A DNA stretch of 64,000 nt from Candidatus Bathyarchaeia archaeon (GTDB lineage Archaea > Thermoproteota > Bathyarchaeia > 40CM-2-53-6), in NCBI GenBank assembly GCA_049513715.1, contig JBEKVV010000002.1:416001-480000 (forward strand), read 5' to 3'. The position numbers and the translations under genes were made by a program. Positions 1 through 7,542 of the stretch are shown here, piece by piece. Below the pieces are notes generated by a model. The model saw nothing but the letters and a program-made list of their open reading frames with translations. It was not told the DNA's origin and ran no database searches. The first letter of the stretch is position 1; each line of letters begins with the position of its first letter.

Positions 1-825
1 TATCGCGCGAGGAATGCTTGCAGGGCGAGGATTCGAGAATACGCCGCCAAGGCGGATGTCATTGTGATTTCGCACTACCACAACGACCACCACACACCCA
101 ACTACACCGAAACCGTGTGGTTGGGTTGCAGCCTAGGCGAGTCAGAGCAAATCTATAAGGACAAAATTGTTCTCATGAAGGATATTCGTAATGCGATCAA
201 CTTCAGCCAACGCCGTCGAGGTTGGATGTTTCAGAGGTTCGTGAAGAAACTCGGGAGCAAATGCGAAATTGCAGACGGGCAAACATTCCAATTCGGGCGA
301 ACCAAACTGAAAATCTCTGAACCCGTCCCACACGGAGAAGAAGAATCCCAACTTGGCTGGGTCCTTATGACGACCATTGGATATGACGATGAGAAGATGA
401 TGCACGCGTCTGATGTTCAGGGCCCAATGGCCCGCAGTACGGCTCGAATTATCTTGAAGGAGAAACCTGACTTGATTGTGCTGGGTGGCCCGCCGCTCTA
501 TCTGGAGGGCGTGAAAGTTGAGAAAGCATCGATTCTAAAAGGACTGGAGAATGCTGCCCGGGTTGCGGCAAAAGTGCCGACGGTAATCTTCGAGCACCAC
601 TTGCTGCGATCGGGAAACTCGAGGGAAAAGGCAAAGGTGGTGTATGACAGCGCAGCCGAAGCCAACCATCGAGTACTTGCTGCCTCGGATTACCTGGGCC
701 TTGAGCTCCTGCTCTTAGAGTGCAACCGCGAGCGGCTCTACAAAGAGGAGCTACCGTCAGAGGAGTTCGTGAAGTGGACCAAGCTACCGCGGGATAAACG
801 CAGCATGCAGTTTCCCCCTGTCTGA
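1..825 (+). CDS. MBL-fold metallo-hydrolase (UPF0282-like), 5' truncated by window edge
   Basis: Frame open from base 1; ISHYHNDHH, VPHG, HASDVQGP and EHHLLR motifs. Confidence 0.8.
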   Translation, partial: YRARNACRARIREYAAKADVIVISHYHNDHHTPNYTETVWLGCSLGESEQIYKDKIVLMKDIRNAINFSQRRRGWMFQRFVKKLGSKCEIADGQTFQFGRTKLKISEPVPHGEEESQLGWVLMTTIGYDDEKMMHASDVQGPMARSTARIILKEKPDLIVLGGPPLYLEGVKVEKASILKGLENAARVAAKVPTVIFEHHLLRSGNSREKAKVVYDSAAEANHRVLAASDYLGLELLLLECNRERLYKEELPSEEFVKWTKLPRDKRSMQFPPV

Positions 826-1203
826 CATCGGTTGTCTCAGGATTCTGGCCGCATCAGCAACCTAGCCATGAAGTGGACGCGCGCACGTGTGGCGGCCAGA
901 AAGTTCGTTGAGGAAATCACTAATGAGATCCGGTGATGCTTGCTTGGCTCTTGAGGAAGTAGTTGGTCGCAGACGAGTAACTACCTCTTCGCTGGGTATA
1001 CGATGAGGAAGGCGGCAACGTAAACGGGTTACTGGTCATCCGCCGCTTCGGCTTGAACATCAAGCTATCATTATGGCTGTAGGATTCTTATGGACCGAGT
1101 GGAGTACAAATCATACTGGTAGTACTAATAGGCCTCAAACAGGAAGTTCAGGACGAGAAAACAGGACAAGAAGGGGGCTCTTTGCGTGCAGATCATGGAC
1201 GGG

Positions 1204-1371
1204 TCAAGCACCCACAAGTGGAAGTTTCGTAGCTAACCTAAACTTCTTGCCGCACGATGGGCATGAGAAGTGCTTGATATGCAGCGCAGGGCCTCGCCCA
1301 TCCTTTGGGTGCATATCCCACTCCTTCGCCGGACCAATGACTTCGCCACCGCATTTCAGACATTTCACCAA
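1204..1371 (-). CDS. Small zinc-ribbon protein resembling chromatin protein Cren7
   Basis: TTG start with GAGGTGA RBS (1379-1385); CLKC...PAKEWDMHPKDGRGPALHIKHFSCPSCGKKFR. Confidence 0.7.
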   Translation of the reverse strand: MVKCLKCGGEVIGPAKEWDMHPKDGRGPALHIKHFSCPSCGKKFRLATKLPLVGA

Positions 1372-1667
1372 GAGATTTTCACCTCTTCCGGGCTGCAGCA
1401 GGATGGCGGGCATGAGGGTGCACGTGGGTTTGTTGATGTTGTCACTGGGCCCTTGCGTGGGGTGTAACATGAATGAGTAGGGATTTCCTCATGTCCAACC
1501 CGTCGAGCTGCCATGGGTCGTCCTTACATGTTTCATGGTATATTAATGTTTCAATTATGGTACATTAATATACTCTGTTTGATTATCGATGTATCGAACT
1601 TCAGCGGAACCAGTTAAATCGAAGTTCCGTCTGTATGTAGCACACATCAACAGGAGGTCAAGAAGAA

Positions 1668-1811
1668 ATGAATGGAGATTCCAAAAGGGCGTTCGCAGTA
1701 GCAATTGCCTCATTCGCAGTGGGAGCAGTAGTCGCAGCCGTCGCGGGAAACACGAAGGCACGCGACAAACTCACTGAAGTGAGCAAGAAGCTCATCCAAC
1801 GCCAAGCGTGA
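1668..1811 (+). CDS. 47-aa single-TM protein (YtxH-like topology), not in ORF track
   Basis: AGGAGGT RBS then ATG; MNGDSKRAFAVAIASFAVGAVVAAVAGNTKARDKLTEVSKKLIQRQA; pyrimidine-rich tract after stop. Confidence 0.65.
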   Translation: MNGDSKRAFAVAIASFAVGAVVAAVAGNTKARDKLTEVSKKLIQRQA

Positions 1812-2074
1812 AGAGGAGCTACCCAAAACAAAAATCTTCTTCCACCTTTTCCACTTTTAGTCAAGCGTCGTCCGATTGCGTTTACCGGGCTGGTCAGTTA
1901 CTGGGCTCCTTAGGAGTTTTTCGGAAGAGCGACAACAGAAACTTGGGAGGATCGCAGGCCACTTCTATCCTGTTGTATAACATGTCTAGCATATGTTATA
2001 CACCACAGAAAGAATACATTGGTGAGCCACGGTCGTGGAAAAGAGGCAGCTTTATTTTCAGAAACATAGTTTGT

Positions 2075-2145
2075 GGCGGTTCGGCGCGTGAGTGGGGCCT
2101 CCCACCCGTTGCGCCAGAGAAACCCCGGTGTCGGGAGGTAAACGG
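2075..2145 (+). promoter_or_regulatory. Structured 5' leader of queT (riboswitch candidate)
   Basis: TATA-like TTTATTT at 2051; stems GGCGC/GCGCC and GTGGG/CCCAC; GCCTCCC complementary to SD GGGAGGT. Confidence 0.5.
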
Positions 2146-2667
2146 TTGAAAAACAAGAACACGTTACATGTGACTCTGACGGCAGTGTTCGCAGCCATTT
2201 ATGCTGTGGGCGTTGTTTTCCTCGCCCCGATTAGTTTCCAAGTTTTCCAGGTTAGGATTGCAGATGCACTGTTGCCCCTCGCCATGATCTTCGGCTGGCC
2301 CGCTGTTCTTGGATTATCGATCGGAGCGTTCGTGGCCAACTTCTTCGGAGGCCTAGGGCCCATCGACATAGTGGGAGGCTCGCTTGCGAACCTCATAGCT
2401 GCTTACGTTGCGTGGAAACTCGCCAAACGCAACCAAAAGTCGCGGGTCTTCCTTGGTATAGGGCTTGAGATTGTAATCATAACCCTGATTGTGGGAACCT
2501 ACCTCAGCTATTTGCTGGCGTTGCCGTTGGAGGTTGGGCTGCTCGGCGTATTTCTCGGAAGCGTAGTTGCGATCGGAATTCTCGGAACCATACTGTTCTT
2601 CGCCCTGTCGAACAAACGAATCACCGTTCTCCTAAGATCCTACGGCTTGCTGACCGAGGACGATTAG
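2146..2667 (+). CDS. queT: QueT family (COG4708) queuosine/archaeosine-precursor transporter S component
   Basis: AVFAAIYAV...LAPISFQVFQVRIADAL...GLSIGAFVANFFGGLGPIDIVGGSLA; TTG start after GGGAGGT. Confidence 0.85.
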   Translation: MKNKNTLHVTLTAVFAAIYAVGVVFLAPISFQVFQVRIADALLPLAMIFGWPAVLGLSIGAFVANFFGGLGPIDIVGGSLANLIAAYVAWKLAKRNQKSRVFLGIGLEIVIITLIVGTYLSYLLALPLEVGLLGVFLGSVVAIGILGTILFFALSNKRITVLLRSYGLLTEDD

Positions 2668-2780
2668 ACCCAACAGAGAACTCCGCCAAAGAGCCCATAA
2701 AGCAACCAAGTCGCCTTAGCGGGAGGGAGTCCGATGCATTAGCCAAAGCGGTACGAGTTGGGTTTATCCGGTTGGTCAAG

Positions 2781-2883
2781 GGTGAAATCAACAGATGGTG
2801 AGGTGACATCACCTTCCTCCCTTGTGAGGGTGTCAACACGCAAACGTTGGGTGTATACACCCCAGCATAGGTGTATGACACCC
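2781..2883. repeat. Cluster of CACC-N9-GGTG / GGTG-N4-5-CACC palindromes (copy 1)
   Basis: CACGCAAACGTTGGGTG 2837-2853 and neighbours; 2841-2860 identical to 14223-14242. Confidence 0.75.
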
Positions 2884-2972
2884 TGAGAGCATACGCTAGC
2901 AGCTTGAAACACTAGGAAGCTCGGGGGAATGTTCGCGATCATTGTCGGAGCGGAGCGTGATTCTAGGCCTTT

Positions 2973-3620
2973 CTACTGTCGAAGGATTTTTGCTGCGATG
3001 GTCCAGCTTCCGAGCTTAACCGCCAAGCGAACCCAGAGTGCAGTGTATGCCTCAAGCCACCGTGCGCCGTCAATTCCGCCGATGTCTATTGGCTCGTCCC
3101 AGCCGAACTCCTTCAATATTGCCGCTGTCTGTCGTTTTGCGTTCTCGTCGTTCCCGCAGATTATCATAGTGGGCATGCCTTCTTTCATTCTCGGGTTGAT
3201 CATTGTTTGGTTGTTGACGATGTTGAAGCATTTGACCACCTTAGCCTTAGGTAGCCATCGTTGAACCCGCTCGCCTAGGGAATCTGTGGTGCCAACGAAC
3301 AGGCCTGGAGGCATACCCTTCGAGAAGTCGAGGGGGTTCGTGGCATCGAGAACCAATTTCCCATCAAAGTTCTTTTCGCCTGCGAGTTTGATGACGTTTT
3401 CCGCAGCTTCGCCCAGCGGACAGAAAACGAGAACCTCACCATGGCTTGAGGCCTCAGCGAAGGTTGCGACTGCAACTTTGCCCTTGGTCGCCTTCAGCCA
3501 ATCCCGGAGCTCCTGCTTATCAGGGGTACGAGAACCAAGCTTAACATCATGACCCTTAGACGCGAAACCGTTCCCCAGCGCTTGGCCGACTTTGCCGCTG
3601 CCCAATATCCCGACTTTCAT
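2973..3620 (-). CDS. NADPH-dependent F420 reductase-like / dinucleotide-binding oxidoreductase
   Basis: MKVGILGSGKVG Rossmann motif, GSRTP, DATNPL, VVKCFN, DIGGIDGARWLE. Confidence 0.85.
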   Translation of the reverse strand: MKVGILGSGKVGQALGNGFASKGHDVKLGSRTPDKQELRDWLKATKGKVAVATFAEASSHGEVLVFCPLGEAAENVIKLAGEKNFDGKLVLDATNPLDFSKGMPPGLFVGTTDSLGERVQRWLPKAKVVKCFNIVNNQTMINPRMKEGMPTMIICGNDENAKRQTAAILKEFGWDEPIDIGGIDGARWLEAYTALWVRLAVKLGSWTIAAKILRQ

Positions 3621-3816
3621 GGAAACCATCTGGGTGATGGGTGCTTTCAAGCGTTAATTTCGGTTTCGGTTGCGCTGCTTATTGAACTGGCTCAATTGAC
3701 GTCAAGATCTGACCCACACGTTTCTGGATCTCAAGACTGCAGACAGACCAGCCTGCGTTCAGGTCCACATGCCACACAATTACTGGCATGCGCGTTTGAG
3801 CGCGCTAAAGGTGCGT

Positions 3817-3913
3817 TGGTGCGGCCGCCGGGATTCGGACCCGGGTCGTTGGCTTGGAAGGCCAATGGACGCCTAGAACGGCTATGTCCTAGACCAGGCT
3901 AGACTACGGCCGC
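3817..3913 (-). tRNA. tRNA-Gly(TCC) with 19-nt non-canonical intron at 27/28 (3865-3883); CCA encoded
   Basis: Cloverleaf GCGGCCG/CGGCCGC, anticodon arm TTGGC-CT-TCC-AA-GCCAA after intron removal; BHB with GGAC/GTCC central helix. Confidence 0.92.
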
Positions 3914-4196
3914 AAGCGGTTCACGAAAATACCTTCTCTGCAAATAAGGGTTCGCGGCCGAGAGGAAAACGTTTGCTAAGACAGAGTGCCAAGGAATTTG
4001 CTATGGCATCAATATTCAAAGGCAAGACCCAACGTTCAACATTCATGTAACCAACGCATGAGTTCTTGCGGAGAGAGAGCCGAGAGAAGTAGACTGCTCC
4101 TATTGCTGAGGCCAACTATGGGCGGTGGGATTTCTTCTGGCTGATTTGCCAGTTATGAAAAATCGTATATTGTACGAGCCTCTCGCATTATCCCTC

Positions 4197-7097
4197 TTGG
4201 CCTCCACAGGCGATTCAGCAAGTTCTGCTCGCACACGGGTTTCAACGGGTTACGTTAGATTGGATGGGGCGCTTCAAGGAGGCTTCCTAGCCGGTTCAGC
4301 CGTCGTTCTGAGCGCGCCTGCTAGCGACGAGGTTCCAATACTTCTAAGGAGATTCCTTGGAGCTGACTCTGCGAGTCTACTGATCTCTCGAAACCTGTCT
4401 TCTGCGGAATCCATTGTCGGCGACAAACCAGATGGCCTGAAATGTCTTATTTGCAGCGACAAACCCGTTCCCCGCGCCCAGAACACTCTGCCAGGCAAGG
4501 GCATTGAAAACCTAACCGAACTGAACCTCACGATCACGGAAACCATCAACTCTCTCCAGCCAAGTCGGCTTGTCGTTCAGTTTCTGTCCGATGTTCTGTT
4601 GCGGCATAAGGCGCTTCAAACGAGGAAATGGCTCTCGGAGCTTCTCGACAAGTTCAGAGCCAAGAACATCACGACGCTGGTCCTCCTCAACCCGTTCATG
4701 CATTCAAGCGAAGAGGTTCAAGCGGTTGTTGACCTGTTCGATGGTAACCTGGAGATTTTCGAGAAGGATGTTGAGGGTTCGCCAGGGAAGTTTATGCGCG
4801 TAAGGTGGATGCATGGTATCACGGTTGCAGAAACAGAACCCATAGTACTCGACTTGATTCCTCGAATTAAACCTGCTCCAGCCAAGAAGGTGGCGCATCC
4901 CCGTAACAACCTTCCCGCGAGGGCGACGCCTCTTATTGGACGCGAGAAGGAGCTTGCGGCTGCATGGCCTCTTCTCCTACGCGATGATGTACGGGCACTG
5001 TCTCTTACTGGCCCAGGGGGAACGGGAAAGACAGCCCTCGGATTGGAAATCGCAAGAAGTCTCCTTGACAGTTTTCCTGATGGAGTTTTCTTCATTCAAC
5101 TGGCACCCATTACCGACCTCGAGTTGGTTATGCCGACAGTGGCGGCAACCTTGGGCGTTAGGGAGGAAGGGGGACGCCCGATTATTGAGAGCCTGAAGGA
5201 TTTTCTGCGAGAGCACGAGACGCTACTCCTCCTCGACAATTTTGAACAGGTCATCGAGGCAGCCTCCCAGCTCGCCGACCTATTGACGACATCGGCGAAG
5301 CTGAAGTTTCTCGTTACAAGTCGAGAAGAGTTGAGGATTCATGGCGAACGCGAATTCCCAGTGGCACCGCTTGTAGTGCCCGACCTCAAGCGTCTGCCGC
5401 AGATCGAAGCGTTGTCAGAGGTTGGGGCTGTGGCCCTGTTCGTTGAAAGAGCGCATGCTGTGAAACCGGACTTCGAGATTACGAACGAGAACGCGCGGGC
5501 TGTAGCGGAAATCTGCGTGCGATTGGACGGTCTGCCGCTCGCGTTAGAATTGGCGGCGGCTCGAATCAAGATCCTTTCACCGCAGACAATACTTATGAGA
5601 TTAGAGAGTAGGCTTGGCCTGTTGACGACTGGCGCCCGAGATGCGCCCGTTCGACAGCAGACGCTGCGAAATGCAATAGCTTGGAGCTATGACCTGCTAG
5701 AGGAACGTGATAGAACCGTCTTTAGCCGTGTAGGAGTCTTTGTTGGCGGCTTTACATTCGAAGCAGCAGAGGCAGTTTGCAATCCGCAACGGTCTCTAAC
5801 TGCGAATGTATTGGATGGGCTGTCGAGGCTAGTTGATCGCAGCCTACTCCGCCGAGAAGAGGTCAACGGTGAACCGCGCTTTGCATTTCTCGAAACGCTT
5901 CGAGAATTCGCCCTAGAACGTCTGTTATCATGCGGGGAATCGGAAGCTGCACAGCGGGCACATCTCGAGTTCTTCTTGGGTTTAGCTGAGAAGGCGGATT
6001 CGGAGTTGACGGGGCCCCGCGCGGGAGAGTGGTTGATTCGACTGGAACATGAGCATGACAACTTTCGTGCCGCACTTCAGTGGACGCACCAGAAAGGAGA
6101 GGTTGAGAGAGAGCTGCGCCTAAGTGCAGCGCTATTCTACTTCTGGTACCAACAGGGCTATCTCGTTGAGGGGCGGGAGAGCCTTAAGAGTGCCCTGGCC
6201 GGGTCAGAATCAATCCGCACTTTGGAGCGCGCAAAGGTCCTTCGAGGAGCGGGCGTCCTAGCCCTTGACCAGGGCGACATGGTCGAAGCCCACAGCTTTT
6301 TCGAGGGAAGCTTGAATATTTTCCGAGACTTAGGCGATAAGGTAGGTGTCGCGAGGGTTCTTGCGAATCTGGCGCTTGTAGCTGATACTGAACGTAACTA
6401 TGATGCAGCAGTTCGCCTCTATGAGGAAAGCCTGAGCCTGGCACGGGAGCTGCGTGACAATATGGCTATCGCTAGGGCTCTGAATAATTTGGGTATCATA
6501 GCTCTAAGCGTGAAAGGCGATTATGACGCCGCGCGCAGCCTTTTCGGGGAAGCATTGGCCCTGTGCCGCGAACTTGGAGACAGAACCAGTTCGGCATTCT
6601 GCCTAAGCAACTTGGGAGCCATCGACTTGAAGAAAGGTGATTATGGTTCCGCGCGTACTCGTTACGAGGAGTCACTAACTTTGTTTCGTGAACAGGGTAA
6701 CAAGAGGTTGGTGCCCTTCCCTCTCCTTGGCTTGGGACGTCTAGCTGTCCGGCGTGGTGAATACGCTTCCGCCTTCTCTATACTAACAGAGACCATGGCG
6801 ATGTTGCAAGAGATGGGGATGAAGGAGGAAATTGCGGAATGTTTGGAGGAATTCGCAGGGTTGGCCTCTAAGCAGGGGCAGGCAGAGAGGGCGGCGAGGA
6901 TCTTCGGTGCAGCTGAGGCTCTACGGGAAAAGGTTAACGCCAACCTCGCCCCCGCAGAGCGTACGGAGAACGAACGCACCTACATCACGCCTGCCCGATC
7001 CGCATTAGGCGAAACCAAATTCGCCGAGGCGTGGGCTGAAGGCCGATCGATGACGATGGAAGAGTCGATTACACAAGCTCTTGAGAAAGAGAAATGA
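4197..7097 (+). CDS. KaiC/RecA-like domain (degenerate Walker A) + STAND/NB-ARC-like ATPase + TPR repeats
   Basis: RVSTGYVRLDGALQGGF; NNLPARATPLIGREKEL; GPGGTGKT; LLLLDNFEQV; LDGLPLALELAAAR; repeated ALNNLG-type TPRs. Start uncertain (4125-4197). Confidence 0.85.
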   Translation: MASTGDSASSARTRVSTGYVRLDGALQGGFLAGSAVVLSAPASDEVPILLRRFLGADSASLLISRNLSSAESIVGDKPDGLKCLICSDKPVPRAQNTLPGKGIENLTELNLTITETINSLQPSRLVVQFLSDVLLRHKALQTRKWLSELLDKFRAKNITTLVLLNPFMHSSEEVQAVVDLFDGNLEIFEKDVEGSPGKFMRVRWMHGITVAETEPIVLDLIPRIKPAPAKKVAHPRNNLPARATPLIGREKELAAAWPLLLRDDVRALSLTGPGGTGKTALGLEIARSLLDSFPDGVFFIQLAPITDLELVMPTVAATLGVREEGGRPIIESLKDFLREHETLLLLDNFEQVIEAASQLADLLTTSAKLKFLVTSREELRIHGEREFPVAPLVVPDLKRLPQIEALSEVGAVALFVERAHAVKPDFEITNENARAVAEICVRLDGLPLALELAAARIKILSPQTILMRLESRLGLLTTGARDAPVRQQTLRNAIAWSYDLLEERDRTVFSRVGVFVGGFTFEAAEAVCNPQRSLTANVLDGLSRLVDRSLLRREEVNGEPRFAFLETLREFALERLLSCGESEAAQRAHLEFFLGLAEKADSELTGPRAGEWLIRLEHEHDNFRAALQWTHQKGEVERELRLSAALFYFWYQQGYLVEGRESLKSALAGSESIRTLERAKVLRGAGVLALDQGDMVEAHSFFEGSLNIFRDLGDKVGVARVLANLALVADTERNYDAAVRLYEESLSLARELRDNMAIARALNNLGIIALSVKGDYDAARSLFGEALALCRELGDRTSSAFCLSNLGAIDLKKGDYGSARTRYEESLTLFREQGNKRLVPFPLLGLGRLAVRRGEYASAFSILTETMAMLQEMGMKEEIAECLEEFAGLASKQGQAERAARIFGAAEALREKVNANLAPAERTENERTYITPARSALGETKFAEAWAEGRSMTMEESITQALEKEK

Positions 7098-7542
7098 GTG
7101 AGACGCGAGTATAACCGGGGATTACAACGCAAACAACGTTTGGCTTTACGATAATCCAACGGGCACCTGGGTTCGGGCTACTGGTTCAACTATGGTTCCT
7201 GTCGGGGAAGCGCTCTGGGTCTACATGACAACCCCAGCCACCCTCAGACCCTAAACTCCTCCTGATCCCGAGCCATCGCTCTAAGAGGGCCATATTCGTA
7301 ACTCAACGCGGCATTAACTGAGCAAGAGAGGGCTGCGGCACCGAAAGCAGCGCTCCATCAAGCTTCCAATCCCTGTCTTAGTGTGGCGGCTTTGGACTAT
7401 TGCCCCTACTATCATTATCCCCTCGCCGAAGTTGAAACAGCCGAATACTTATCATGAGTACTTACAGTACGTAGAGTTTGCAAACCTCGCAAGCGTTAAT
7501 ACTGCAAACCTGAGTAGCTTTTACCGCTGAGAGGCTGTTCTC

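Noticed and set aside
826..1200. Possible ncRNA or hairpin in the intergenic region
   Set aside because: Only a short imperfect stem; no recognisable family motifs
1295..1311. Further copy of the 17-bp palindrome (CGCCCATCCTTTGGGTG)
   Set aside because: Isolated, inside coding sequence, one arm mismatch; may be chance
7100..7540. Integrase or GNAT pseudogene remnant inside the island
   Set aside because: No convincing motif or long frame recognisable by eye
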